Source: Tubulanus polymorphus
Lineage: Eukaryota; Animalia; Nemertea
Assembly: GCF_964204645.1 (NCBI RefSeq)
Contig: NC_134030.1
Coordinates: 6,180,778-6,244,777, forward strand
Direction: 5' to 3'
Length of the DNA stretch: 64,000 bases
Of the stretch, positions 37,215 to 51,700 are shown piece by piece. The number at the start of each line of letters is the position of its first letter. The first letter of the stretch is position 1. Made by a program: the position numbers and the translations under genes. The notes beneath the pieces are model-generated. The model did no database searches. It had not been told where the DNA came from and saw only the letters and a list, made by a program, of their open reading frames with translations.

Positions 37215-37865
37215 GGGATGTGATAGGGAAAAGCGACGAGAAAACCGAAGATATTGTTTATTGATGAGAAGACCGAAAAAGATGTTTATTGATGTGGACC
37301 GAAGATAAAACTGATAGGAAGACCGAAGATGATGTTTATGAGAAGACTGAAGATGATGATTATCGATGAGAAGACCGAAAAAGATGTTTCCTGATGTGGA
37401 CCGACGATAAAACTGATGAGAAGACAGAAGATGATATTTATCAATGTGAAGACCGAAAAAGATGTTTACTGATGCGGACCGAAGATAAAACTGATGAGAA
37501 AAGCGAAGATGATGTTTATCGATGAGAAGACCGAAAAAGATGTTTACTGATGCGGACCGAAGATAAAACTGATGAGAAGACTGAAGATGATGTTTATGAG
37601 AAGACTGAAGATGATGATTATTGATCGAAAGATTTTTACTAATGTGGATCGAAGATAAAACTGATGAGAAAAGCGAAGATGATGTTTATCGATGGGAAGA
37701 CCGAAAAAGATGTTTCCTGATGTGAACCGAAGATAAAACTGATGAGAAGACTGAAGATGATGTTTATGAGAAGACTGAAGATGATGATTATTGATCGAAA
37801 GACCGAAAAAGATGTTTACTGATGCGGACCGAAGATAAAACTGATGAGAATACCTAAGATGAACA
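37215..37865 (+). repeat. GA-rich minisatellite (21-28 bp subunits, CTGATGAGAAGACCGAAGATGATGTTTA)
   Basis: Visible tandem subunits; ~650 bp here versus ~220 bp in blocks B (45375-45600) and C (54700-54920). Confidence 0.85.
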
Positions 37866-38022
37866 AACATTGCCAGAATTGACCTCACAGAATTCAGGAA
37901 ATTTCTGTCAAGAGTTTTCTGCCAACAATTCTGTTTTCCAGGATTCTGTTTTTCACTTAATTTGGAAACGCCATAAATGCCTTGAGACGGATTTGTTTTC
38001 AAAATCCTTCTCGAATGGCTGA

Positions 38023-41000
38023 AACCTCCAAAACCCTAATCGTATAGACTTAAAACCCTAAACCTATAGACTCTTAATCCTTCTGAAACAAAATGCTTTA
38101 ATCCCTAACCAACTCAATCTTTTACCTACAGAGTCTAAACCCAAACCCTCTAGACTAAATCCTAAACCTGAAGACTTTAAACGCTACGCATAGAGACCCT
38201 AAACCCGAAAACTTAAGTTCCTAAAGCTTTAAGCTATAGACTCAATACCCTCAAAAAGCCTTAAGCTATTAACCTAAAACTTACACACTCCAAACCCATA
38301 GCCCCGAGCCCCTCCTCCCTCTGCCCGCCTCTTAACCGTAATACTTGCATTGTCACATGTTTGGCCTTGGCCATGCTTTTTATCTATAAGTTCAGGAAGT
38401 TTGTTTAAATGCCGAGAGATGTGATGAGGAAAACTGATAACAGCCAAAGGAGATGTTACCTAATGGGAATACTAAAGATGAAAACTGGCAAGAAGTCTTG
38501 AAGAGATGAAAGTTGACAGGATAAGCGAAGACGTTTACTGATGGGAAAGAAGACTTGAAACACTAGTCACCATGAGACAGATTTGTTTCCAAGATCCTTT
38601 CTCAATGGCTGACACTGTAAACCTATAGTCTCTAAGCCCCAACCATACATATCCTTAAAACCCTAAACCTACTTACTAAATATCCTAAAATTATAGTCTC
38701 TAAAACTTTAGACCCTCTTAACCCTAAACCAGACTTGATACCTTAAACCTATTGACCTTAATCCTTCTAAGCAAAACCCTCTAACCCCTTATCCACTAAA
38801 TCCTTACCCTACAGATTCTAAGCCAAACCCTCTACACTAAATCCTAAAACCTGGAGACTTTAAACCCTAAGATATAGACCCTAAACCAATACCCAACACC
38901 TAAAGTTCCTAAAGCCTTAAGCTATATTCTCTTAAACCCTCTAAAGCCTTACGCATTAACTCAAAACTTACACACTCCAAATCCATAGCCCCCTCCTCCC
39001 TCTGCCCGCATCTTAACCACATTACTTGCATTGTCACATGTTTGGCTTTGGCCATGCTTTTTGTTTTTAAGTTCAGGAAGTTTGGTTAAATGCCTAGTGA
39101 TGTGATGAGGAAAACTGATTAGAGCCAAACGAGATGTTACCTAATGGGAAGAATGAAGATGAAAACTGGCACGAGATGAAAGCTGACAGGATAAGCGAAG
39201 ACGTTTACTGATGGGAAAGAAGACTGGAAATACTAGTCACCATGAGACAGATTTGTTTCAAAGATCCTTACTCAATCGCTGAGACTGTAAACCTATAGTC
39301 TCTAAGCCCCAACCATATGTATCCTTTAAACCCTAAACCTACTTACTTAATACCCTAAACCTATAGTCTCTATAACATTACCTTTTAGACCCTCTTAACC
39401 CTAAACCAGACTTGATACCTTAAACCTATTGACCTTAATCCTTCTAAGCAAAACCCTCTAACCCCTTATCCACTAAATCCTTACCCTACAGATTCTAAGC
39501 CAAACCCTCTACACTAAATCCTAAAACCTGGAGACTTTAAACCCTAAGATATAGACCCTAAACCAATACCCTCTCAACCCAAAACCTAAAGTTCCTAAAA
39601 CCTTAAGCTATATTCTCTTAAACCCTCTAAAGCCTTAAGCTATTTTCTCAAAACTTACACACTCCAAACCCATAGCCTGAACCCCTCCTCCCTCTGCCGG
39701 CATCTTAACAATAATACTAGAATCGTCCCATGTTTTCCTTTGGCCATGCTTTTTGTTTTTAAGTTCAGGAAGTTTGCGTAAGTGCCAAGTGATGTGATGA
39801 GGAAAACTGATGAGAAGAATGAAGATGATATTTACTGATGAGTAGATAGAAGATGATGTTAACTGAAAGATGATAACTGGTGATAAGTCAAACGAGATGT
39901 TTCCTGATGGGATGACAGAACATGATAACTGGCAAGAAGTCTCGGGGAGATGAAAACTGACAAGATAAGCGAAGATGTTTTCTGACGAGAAGACTAGAAA
40001 CACTAGTCTCCATGAGACAGATTAGTTTTCAAATTCTTTTCTCAATGGCTGAGACTGTAAACCTATAGTCTCTAAGCCCCAACCATATGTATCCTTTAAA
40101 CCCTAAACCTACTTACTTAATACCCTAAACCTATAGTCTATAACATTATCTTTTAGACCCTCTTAACCCTAAACCAGACTTAATACCCTAAACCTATTGA
40201 CTTTAATCCTTCTAAGCAAAACCCTCTAACCCCTTATCCACTAAATCCTTACCCGACAGATTCTAAGCCAAACCCTCTACACTAAATCCTAAAACCTGGT
40301 GACTTTAAACCCTACGCATATAGACCCTAAACCAATACCCTCTCAACCCAACACCTAAAGTTCCTAAAGCCTTAAGCAATATTCTCTTAAACCCTCTAAA
40401 GCCTTAAGCTATTAACTCAAAACTTACACACCAAATCCATAGCCCCCTCCTCCCTCTGCCCGCATCTTAACCACATTACTTGCATTGTCACATGTTTGGC
40501 TTTGGCTATGCTTTTTGTTTTTAAGTTCAGGAAGTTTGGTTAAATGCCGAGTGATGTGATGAGGAAAACTGATAAGAGCCAAAGGAGATGTTACCTAATG
40601 GGAAGAATGAAGATGAAAGCTGACAAGATAAGCGAAGATGTTTACTGATGAGAAAGAAGACTGGAAACACTAGTCATAATGGGACAGATTTGTTTCCAAA
40701 ATCCTTACCCGACAGATTCTAAGCCAAACCCTCTACACTGAATCCTAAAACCCGGAGACTTTAAACCCTAAGATATAGACCCTAAACCAATACCCTCTCA
40801 ACCCAACACCTAAAGTTCCTAAAGCCTTAAGCAATATTCTCTTAAACCCTCTAAAGCCTTAAGCTATTAACTCAAAACTTACACACTCCAAACCCATAGG
40901 CCCCTCCTTCCTCTGCCCGCATCTTAACAATAATACTAGAATCGTTGCATGTTTGCCTTTGGCCATGCTTTTTGTTTTTAAGTTCAGGAAGTTTGCGTAA

Positions 41001-42854
41001 GTGCCAAGTGATGTGATGAGGAAAACTGATGAGAAAAAATGAAGATGATATTTACTAATGAGTAGATTGAGGATGATGTTAACCGAAAGATGATAACTGG
41101 TGATAAGTCAAACGAGATGTTTCCTGATCGGTTGACAGAACATGAAAAACGAAAAGAAGTCTCAAGGAGATGAAAACTGACAAGATAAGCGAAGACGTTT
41201 TCTGACGAGAAGACTGGAAACACTGGTCTCCATGAGACGGATTAGTTTTCAAATTCTTTTCTCAATGGCTGAGACTGTAAACCTATAGTCTCTAAGCCCC
41301 AACCATATAGACCCTCTAAACCCTAAACCTACTGACTTGATACCTTAAACCCATAGTCTCTTAAATTGTACCCTTTAGACCCTCTAAACCCTAAACCAGA
41401 CTTGATATACTTAACCTATCAACTCTGATCCTTCTAAGCAAAACCCTCTTACCCCTTATCCACTAAATCCTTAACCTATAGATTCTAAACCCAAACCCTC
41501 TAGAACAAATCCTAAATCTGCAGACTTTAAACCCTACACATATAGACCCTAAACCAAAACCCTCTGATCAAAACCTAAACCTACAGTTTCTAAAGCCTTA
41601 AGCTATATACTCTTAAAACCTCAAAACCCTAAAGCTATGAACTCAAAACTTACACACTCCAAACCCATAGCCCCAAACCCCTCCTCCCTCTGCCCGCATC
41701 TTAACCATAATACTTGCATCGTTGCATGTTTGCCTTTGGCCATGCATTTTGTTTTTTAAGTTCAGGAAGTTTGGTTTAGCGCCAAGAGATGTGATGAGGA
41801 AAACTGATGAGAAGAATGAAGATGCTATTAACTAATGAGAAAACCGAAGATGATAACTGATAAGTCGAAGATGTTACCTGATGGGAAGATGACATGAAAA
41901 CTAAAAAGAAGTCTCAAGGAGATGAAAACTGACAAGATAAGAGAAGATGTTTACTGATGAGTAGACTGGAAACACTAGTCACCATGAGTTAGATTTGTTT
42001 CCAAGATCCTTTCTCACTGGCCGAGACTGTAAAACCATAGTCTCTAAGCCCAAACCATATAGACCCTCTACACCCTAAACCTACTGACTTGATACCCTAA
42101 ACCTATAGTCTCTAAAATCTTACCCTTTAGACCCTCTTAACCCTAAACCAGACTTGATATCCTAAACCTATTAACTCTAATCCTTCCAAGCAAAAACCCT
42201 CAAACCTAACGTTGTGGTTTCGTAATAATAAATTTGATCGTATAATTTAAAATTCGAAGTGTGGGATTTCTTCATTTATCTACAGTTTACACGGATTATA
42301 GTGTTTATTCGACAACCCTCGATAACCCTCAAACCTCGTATCCACTAAATCCTTAACTTATCCTTAACCTATAGATTCTTAACCCAAACCCTCTTAGACA
42401 AAATCCTTAACCTGCAGACTCTAAACCCTACGTATATAGACCCTAAACCAAAACCCTCTAAACCCTAAAACCTAAAGTTTGTAAAGCTTTAAGCTATATA
42501 CTCTAAAACCTCAATACCCTAAAGCTATGAACTAAAAACTTACACACTCCAAATCCTTAGCACCTGAGCCCCTCCTCCCTCTGCCTGCATCCTAAGCATA
42601 ATAGTTCAGGAAGTTTGGTTAAATGCCAAGAGATGTGATGAGGAAAATTGATGAGAAGAATGAAGATGATGCTAACTGATGAGAAAACCGAAGATGATTA
42701 CTGATAAGTCGAAGGAGATATTACCTGATAGGAAGACAGAACATGAAAACTCAAAATAAGTCTTGAGGAGATGAAAACTGACGAGATAAGCCAAGATGTT
42801 TACTGATGAGGAGACTAAAAACACTAGTCTCCATGAGACAGATTTGTTTTCAAG
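38023..42854. repeat. Array of 7 ~690-bp telomere-like/GA satellite units (block A)
   Basis: Marker CCTCCTCCCTCTG at ~38311, 38992, 39685, 40446, 40902, 41680, 42571; C-rich part rich in CCCTAA/CCCTAAA/AAACCT words. Confidence 0.9.
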
Positions 42855-42929
42855 AAAACCACATGCGTGGCTAAGCAAGATTTCCCCTGGATTTATGTGT
42901 TTATATATGAACTTAACACTCAAATGTCT

Positions 42930-43720
42930 TGTTTATGCTATAGGATATGGAATATTTTGGAAGAGTGGACTCGGCACAGGAGATCTACCCTAGATTGTAA
43001 GAAGGCAATGGTTACAATGGTCTTCAACAGGGGACAGGCACCTTTCAGAAAAAAAAGGCCAGTATGAAAAAAATATGATAAAAATGTGGCACAAATTCCA
43101 GGCACGAACAAACTGGGCATACACCATGTCAACGACTAAAAACAGGCTTCGAATATAACGATGATACAGCCTCACTTGCCAGGGGTACGGTATCGCTCCC
43201 AAACTCGCTTAAACCGGTCAACATGGACCAATACTAGAAACATCCAAAAGTGTAGAAGTGTCACGTCAGTCAACAATTCAAATACATGTATCGTTATTGC
43301 TGAAGACTAACTTACCAGGATGGGACGGAAACAAAATGGAACTAAAGCCAGGTACCACTCAAGTACATCAGCCTACACACCAAGATTTCCTGGAAATGTT
43401 GAATGACCATGGCCTGACGCAGATAGAAGAACCCAATTGTGGCGAAAATACCCTTGATCCAACACCACAGCAAAAACATTCTATACAAAACTTCCATGCA
43501 ATTAAGACATCGAATGGATAGACCAAGCTCTTCGCGGATGGATCAAACAATGTGATCGTCTTTACCGCGAAATGAAGAAATCCGGCCAACCTGAGTGTAG
43601 AGTAAAATACAAGTATGGTAGACCAATTGGAAGTATATCGAAACCAAGTTGGAATAAGCTCAAGTACCAATGACAACACTAACCAGTTCTCATGTCTCAA
43701 GAAACTTGGTTACCCTGGGC
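42930..43720 (+). pseudogene. Decayed CR1/L2-like LINE fragments, copy B
   Basis: Same motifs as copy A (GIFWKSGLGTGDLP; THQDFLEMLNDHGLTQIEEPNCGENTLD). Confidence 0.65.
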
Positions 43721-45744
43721 AGTGAATATTGGTTTTTTCATCAAGGAGAATGAATGAAGATCCCTATGACTTGACTTTGTAGTTTTACGGGGAAAGATGG
43801 TACTCCCTGAACCAAGTTCAAGCGTCTGTTTCACTGGCATGAGATACGTGCTCTACTGAGACATCACAGTAATCTGCAGCGTACAGGACTTTTAGGATGC
43901 AATTACGGGGTTAATTGCATTGAGTAGTGTTAGCATCATTCTGGTTTCTGGTATTTTGGAAGCAGTTTTTGGTCTTTTCTATGCGCATCAACCCTGTATT
44001 TTTGACATTGGTCTAGGTTGCTAGGGGTTTTCTGTAGGGTGGCCATTAGAAATCAGAGAAAACAACTTAACATCAGGATTTTGTATCCTGTAGGGTCAAG
44101 ATCACAGGAAGCCATTTTGTATTTTTCATTATTTCCAGGCTCAAACTAGTAGCCAATTTAAGATTAGTAGGTAAAACTGTAGGGACTAGGAGTGACTGAT
44201 GAAACTTTAGGTACTTTGTTGGTTCTAATTTAGTTTAGTAAATAAACAGTTTGAGCTAACTTGGTAAAATTAAATGGACAGGTTGTCATAGGGACTGAAA
44301 AACTAGACAAGGATAAAAAGTTGTAGGTCTAAGGTCACCGTCACTGGAAGCCATTTTGTATTTTTTATTTCGGAGCTCTACCTCATAGCCAGTTTGAAAT
44401 AAGTAGGTAAAACTGTAGGGACTAGAAGTAAATTATTGAATTTTAGGTACAGTTGGTCTTGGCTCAAGGCAACTGGAAGCCATTTTGAATTTCTCATCTT
44501 TTATCAATTGTTTAGTCTTCAACTGCTGTTATCGTTGACTGTTTGCTAGCAAGTTAGATTAAATCAAAATTACTTGACCATTACATGTCATTGATTGGAT
44601 GCTTCCAAATGACTGGTGGTGGCGCTTCATGCTCTCCCAGCACATCTTTCTAAACGCTATTCTGTCAACTAACTTACATCATCGGCCAAAAGGGGGTTTT
44701 CAATCTAAGATATGTATATGGCATATTCGTTATAGGGCAAATTAATTCGAGGTACCTGGTATGCTAGTGGAGAGTTGATGACAGTAGGTTTTTTAAGTCA
44801 ATGATTGAAAGGCAGCCCGGGGAAAAAGAATCAAACCGCTGGTAAAAGCGCGTTAGCTGGTAACCAACCTTTTTAATTATCATTAATGTTTGAAGCATGC
44901 CCCAATATTTACAACCTCTCCCAAGGAATGGTGCGTTTTGAAGGGAAATTAAACAAATTTTCTTTAGGAACTATCATGGATTGCATCCCATCCATTCCCT
45001 ATTTTACAATCTGATGCTGAAATCTGATTATGAAGTTGTATTATTTTGTATCATTATATTCATTGTAAATAGGAGATAATTGAAGAAATATTATATTATC
45101 ATAAATACCTACATCTCTCCAACATTTCCAACAGCTGCAGTTCACCTCAAAAAAGCATCCTAAAGCTTTGTATGCTACAGACAGCAGTGATAGCTCAGTA
45201 GAGCGCATGTTTCATGCGCAGTGAAATGGATGCTCAAACCCTGCTCAGGAAGTACCATTTTTCCCTTCAAAACTACAATTCATATCATAAGTATCTTAAG
45301 TCATTCTCCTATGGAGGATCTGGTATTCACAGGCCATGGATATCCAAGTTTGTGAGATCGACAGGTGTTGGATCCGAGGGATGTGATAGGGAAAAGCGAC
45401 TAGAAAAGTGAAGATATTGTTTATGGATGAGAAGACCGAAAAAGATGTTTACTGATGTGGACCGAAGATAAAACTGATGAGAAGACCGAAGATGATGTTT
45501 ATGAGAAGACTGAAGATGATGATTATTGATCGAAAGACCAAAAAAGATGTTTACTGATGCGGACCGAAGATAAAACAGATGAGAATACCTAAGATGAACA
45601 AACATTGCCAGAATTGACCTCACAGAATTCAGGAAATTTCTGTCCAGAATTTTCTGCAAACAATTCTGTTTTTCACTTAATTTGGAGACGCCATAAATGC
45701 CTTGAGACGGATTCGTTTTCAAAATCCTTCTTCAATGGCTGAAA

Positions 45745-48700
45745 CCTCCAAAACCCTAAACCTATAGACCTTTAATCCTTGTGAAACAAAATGCTCTAAT
45801 CCCTAACCAACTCAATTGTTTACCTACAGAGTCTAAACCCAAACCCTCTAGACTAAATCCTAAACCTGGAGACTTTAAACCCTACTCATAGAGACTCTAA
45901 ACCCTCTAAACCCTAAAACTTAAGTTCCTAAAGCCTAAAGCTATAGACTCAATACCCTCAAAAAGCCTTGAGCTATTAACCTAAAACTTACGCACTCCAA
46001 ACCCATAGCCCCCGAGCCCTTCCTCCCTCTGCCCGCATCTTAACCATAATACTTGCATTGTCGTATGTTTGGCTTTAGGCATGCTTTTTATTTATAAGTT
46101 CAGGAAGTTTGTTTAAATGTCGAGAGATGTGATGAGGAAAACTGATAAGAGCCGAAGGAGATGTTACCTAATGGGAAGAATGAAGATGAAAACTGACAAG
46201 AAGTCTCGAGGAGATGAAAGCTGACAGGATAAGCGAAGATGTTTACTGATGAGAAGACTGGAAACACTAGTTACCATGCGACAGATTTGTTTCCAAGATC
46301 CTTTTCAATAGCTGAGACTGTAAACCTATAGTCTATAAGCCCCAACCATATGTATCCTTTAAACCCTAAACCTACTTACTTAATACCCTAAACCTATATT
46401 CTCCATAACATTACCTTTTAGACCCTCTTAACCCTAAACCAGACTTGATACCCTAAACCTATTGACTTAAATCCTTCTAAGCAAAATCCTCTAAACCCTT
46501 ATCCACTAAATCCCCACCCGACAGATTCTAAGCCAAACCCTCTACACTAAATCCTAAAACCTGGACACTTTAAACCCTACACATATAGACCCTAAACCAA
46601 TACCCTCTAAACCCAACACCTAAAGTTCCTAAAGCCTTAAGCTATATTCTCTTAAACCCTCTAAAGCCTTAAGCATTAACTGAAAACTAATATACACTCC
46701 AAATCCATAGCCCCCTCCTCCCTCTGCCCGCATCTTAACCACATTACTTGCATTGGCACATGTTTGGCTTTGGCCATGCTTTTTGTGTTTAAGTTCAGGA
46801 AGTTTGGTTAAATGCCGAGCGATGTGATGAGGAAAACTGATAAGAGCCAAACGAAATGTTACCTAATGGGAATACTGAAGATGAAAACTGGCAAGAAGTC
46901 TCGAGGAGATGAAAGTTGACAGGATAAGCGAAGACGTTTACTGATGGGAAAGAAGACTGGAAATACTAGTCACCATGAGACAGATTTGTTTCCAAGATCC
47001 TTTCTCAATGGCTGAGACTGTAAACCTATAGTCTCTAAGCCCCAACCATACATATCCTTAAAACCCTAAACCTACTTACTAAATATCCTAAAATTATAGT
47101 CTCTAAAACTTTTGACCCTCTTAACCCTAAACCAGACTTGATACCCTAAACCTATTGACCTTAATCCTTCTAAGCAAAACCCTCTAACCTTTTATCCACT
47201 AAATCCTTACCCAACAGATTCTAAGCCAAACCCTCTACACTAAATCCTAAAACCTGGAGACTTTAAACCCTACGCATATAGACCCTAAACCAATACCCTC
47301 TAAACCCAACACCTTAAGTTCCTAAAGCCTTAAGCTATATTCTCTTAAACCCTCTAAAGCCTTAAGCATTAACTCAAAACTTACACACTCCAAATCCATA
47401 GCCCCCTCCTCCCTCTGCCCACATCTTAACCATATTACTTGCATTGTCACATGTTTGGCTTTGGCCATGCTTTTTGTTTTTAAGTTCAGGAAGTTTGGTT
47501 AAATGCCTAGTGATGTGATGAGGAAAACTGATTAGAGCCAAAGGAGATGTTACCTAATGGGAAGACTGAAGATGAAAACTGGCAAGAAGTCTCGAGGAGA
47601 TGAAAGTTGACAGGATAAGCGAAGACGTTTACTGATGGGAAAGAAGACTGGAAACACTAGTCACCATGAGACAGATTTGTTTCCAAGATCCTTTCTCAAT
47701 GGCTGACGCTGTAAACCGATTGTCTCTAATCCCCAACCATACATATCCTTAAAACCCTAAACCTACTTACTAAATATCCTAAAATTATAGTCTCTAAAAC
47801 TTTTGACCCTCTTAACCCTAAACCAGACTTGATACCCTAAACCTATTGACCTTAATCCTTCTAAGCAAAACCCTCTAACCTTTTATCCACTAAATCCTTA
47901 CCCAACAGATTCTAAGCCAAACCCTCTACACTAAATCCTAAAACCTGGAGACTTTAAACCCTACGCATATAGACCCTAAACCAATACCCTCTAAACCCAA
48001 CACCTTAAGTTCCTAAAGCCTTAAGCTATATTCTCTTAAACCCTCTAAAGCCTTAAGCATTAACTCAAAACTTACACACTCCAAATCCATAGCCCCCTCC
48101 TCCCTCTGCCCACATCTTAACCATATTACTTGCATTGTCACATGTTTGGCTTTGGCCATGCTTTTTGTTTTTAAGTTCAGGAAGTTTGGTTAAATGCCTA
48201 GTGATGTGATGAGGAAAACTGATTAGAGCCAAAGGAGATGTTACCTAATGGGAAGACTGAAGATGAAAACTGGCAAGAAGTCTCGAAGAGATGAAAGTTG
48301 ACAGGATAAGCGAAGACGTTTACTGATGGGAAAGAAGACTGGAAATACTAGTCACCATGAGACAGATTTGTTTCCAAGATCCTTTCTCAATGGCTGAGAC
48401 TGTAAACCTATAGTCTCTAAGCCCCAACCATATGTATCCTTTAAACCCTAAACCTACTTACTTAATACCCTAAACCTATAGTCTCTATAACATTACCTTT
48501 TAGACCCTCTTAACCATAAACCAGACTTGATACCTTAAACCTATTGACCTTAATCCTTCTAAGCAAAACCCTCTAACCCCTTATCCACTAAATCCTTACC
48601 CTACAGATTCTAAGCCAAACCCTCTACACTAAATCCTAAAACCTGGAGACTTTAAACCCTACGCATATAGACCCTAAACCAATACCCTCTCAACCCAAAA

Positions 48701-51700
48701 CCTAAAGTTCCTAAAGCCTTAAGCTATATTCTCTTAAACCCTCTAAAGCCTTAAGCTATTTACTCAAAACTTACACACTCCAAACCCATAGCCCGAACCC
48801 CTCCTCCCTCTGCCCGCATCTTAACAATAATACTAGCATCGTCCCATGTTTTCCTTTGGCCATGCTTTTTGTTTTTAAGTTCAGGAAGTTTGCGTAAGTG
48901 CCAAGTGATGTGATGAGGAAAACTGATGAGAAGAATGAAGATGATATTTACTGATGAGTAGATTGAAGATGATGTTAACTGAAAGATGATAACTGGTGAT
49001 AAGTCAAACGAGATGTTTCCTGATGAGATGACAGAACATGATAACTGGCAAGTAGTCTCGAGATGAAAACTGACAAGATAAGCGAAGACGTTTTCTGACG
49101 AGAAGACTAGAAACTCTAGTCTCCATGAGACAGATTAGTTTTCAAATTCTTTTCTCAATGGCTGAGACTGTAAACCTATAGTCTCTAAGCCCCAACCATA
49201 TGTATCCTTTAAACCCTAAACCTACTTACTTTATACCCTAAATCTATAGTCTCTATAACATTTTCTTTTAGACCCTCTTAACCCTAAACCAGACTTGATA
49301 CCCTAAACCTGTTGACTTTAATCCTTCTAAGCAAAACCCTCTAACCCCTTATCCACTAAATCCTTACCCGACAGATTCTAAGCCAAACCCTCTACACTAA
49401 ATCCTAAAACCTGGAGACTTTAAACCCTAAGATATAGACCCTAAACCAATACCCTCAACCAATACCCTCTAAACCCAACACCTAAAGTTCCTAAAGCCTT
49501 AAGCTTTATTCTCTTAAACCCTCTAAAGCCTTAAACATTAACTCAAAACTTACACACTCCAAATCCATAGCCCCCTCCTCCCTCTGCCCACATCTTGACC
49601 ACATTACTTGCAATGTCACATGTTTGGCTTTGGCCATGCTTTTTGTTTTTAAGTTCAGGAAGTTTGGTTAAATGCCGAGTGATGTGATGAGGAAAACTGA
49701 TAAGAGCCAATTAGGAGATGTTACCTAATGGGAAGAATGAAGATGAAAACTGGCAAGAAGTCTCGAGGAGATGAATGCTGACAAGATAAGCGAAGATGTT
49801 TACTGATGGGAAAGAAGACTGGAAACACTAGTCACCATGAGACAGATTTGTTTCCAAGATCCTTTCTCAATGGCTGACGCTGTAAACCGATTGTCTCTAA
49901 TCCCCAACCATACATATCCTTAAAACCCTAAACCTACTTACTAAATATCCTAAAATTATAGTCTCTAAAACTTTTGACCCTCTTAACCCTAAACCAGACT
50001 TGATACCCTAAACCTATTGACCTTAATCCTTCTAAGCAAAACCCTCTAACCTTTTATCCACTAAATCCTTACCCAACAGATTCTAAGCCAAACCCTCTAC
50101 ACTAAATCCTAAAACCTGGAGACTTTTAACCCTAAGATATAGACCCTAAACCAATACCCTCTAAACCCAACACCTAAAGTTCCTAAAGCCTTAAGCTATA
50201 TTCTCTTAAACCCTCTAAAGCCTTAAGCTATTAACTCAAAACTTACACACTCCAAATCCATAGCCCCTCCTCCCTCTGCCTGCATCTTAACCACATTACT
50301 TGCATTGTCACATGTTTGGCTTTGGCCATGCTTTTTGTTTTTAAGTTCAGGAAGTTTGCGTAAGTGCCAAGTGATGTGATGAGGAAAATTGATGAGAAGA
50401 ATGAAGGTGATATTTACTAATGAGTAGATTGAAGATGATGTTAACAGAAAGATGATAACTGGTGATAAGTCAAACGAGATGTTTCCTGATCGGATGACAG
50501 AACATGAAAAACGAATAGAAGTCTCGAGGAGATGAAAACTGACAAGATAAGCGAAGATGTTTTCTGACGAGAAGAAGACTGGAAACACTAGTCTCCATGA
50601 GACGGATTAGTTTTCAAATTCTTTTCTCAATGGCTGAGACTGTAAACCTATAGTCTCTAAGCCCCAACCATATAGACCCTCTAAACCCTAAACCTACTGA
50701 CTTGATACCTTAAACCCTTAGTCTCTTAAATTGTACCCTTTAGACCCTCTTAACCCTAAACCAGACTTGATATACTTAACCTATCAACTCTGATCCTTCT
50801 AAGCAAAACCCTCTAACCCCTTATCCACTAAATCCTTAACCTATAGATTCTAAACCCAAACCCTCTAGAACAAATCCTAAATCTGCAGACTTTAAACCCT
50901 ACATATATAGACCCTAAACCAAAACCCTCTGAAACCTAAGCCTACAGTTTCTAAAGCCTTAAGCTATATACTCTTAAAACCTCAAAACCCTAAAGCTATG
51001 AACTCAAAACTTACACACTCCAAATCCTTAGCACCTGAGCCCCTCCTCCCTCTGCCCGCATCTTAACCATAATACTTGCATCGTTGCATGTTTGCCTTTG
51101 GCCATGCATTTTGTTTTTTAAGTTCAGGAAGTTTGGTTTAGCGCCGAGAGATGTGATGAGGAAAACTGATGAGAAGAATGAAGATGCTATTAACTAATGA
51201 GAAAACCGAAGATGATAACTGATAAGTCGAAGATGTTACCTGATGGGAAGATGACATGAAAACTAAAAAGAAGTCTCAAGGAGATGAAAACTGTCAAGAT
51301 AAGAGAAGATGTTTACTGATGAGTAGACTGGAAACACTAGTTACCATGAGTTAGATTTGTTTCCAAGATCCTTTCTCACTGGCCGAGACTGTAAAACTAT
51401 AGTGTCTAAGCCCAAACTATATAGACCCTCTACACCCTAAACCTACTGACTTGATACCCTAAACCTACAGTCTCTAAAATCTTACCCTTTAGACCCTCTT
51501 AACCCTAAACCAGACTTGATATCCTAAACCTATTAACTCTAATCCTTCCAAGCAAAAACCCTCAAACCTAATGTTGTGGTTTCGTAATAATAAATTTGAT
51601 CGTATAATTTTAAATTCGAAGTGTGGGATTTCTTCATTTATCTACAGTTTACACGGATTATAGTGTTTATTCGACAACTAACCCTCAAACCTCTTATCCA

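Noticed and set aside
37215-37865. CRISPR-like appearance of short regularly spaced repeats (also 60838-61020)
   Set aside because: Eukaryotic context, no unique spacers between the repeats, no cas genes; these are minisatellites.
42803-42848. Hammerhead-like string in the 690-bp satellite unit (CTGATGA-GGAGACTA/TAGTCTCC-AT-GAGAC-AGATTT-GTT)
   Set aside because: The second core box is GAGA rather than GAAA with a 2-nt insertion, no helix I can be formed, and most units lack the hairpin. CTGATGA is simply part of the GA minisatellite subunit. A covariance-model hit on the unit consensus would reopen this.
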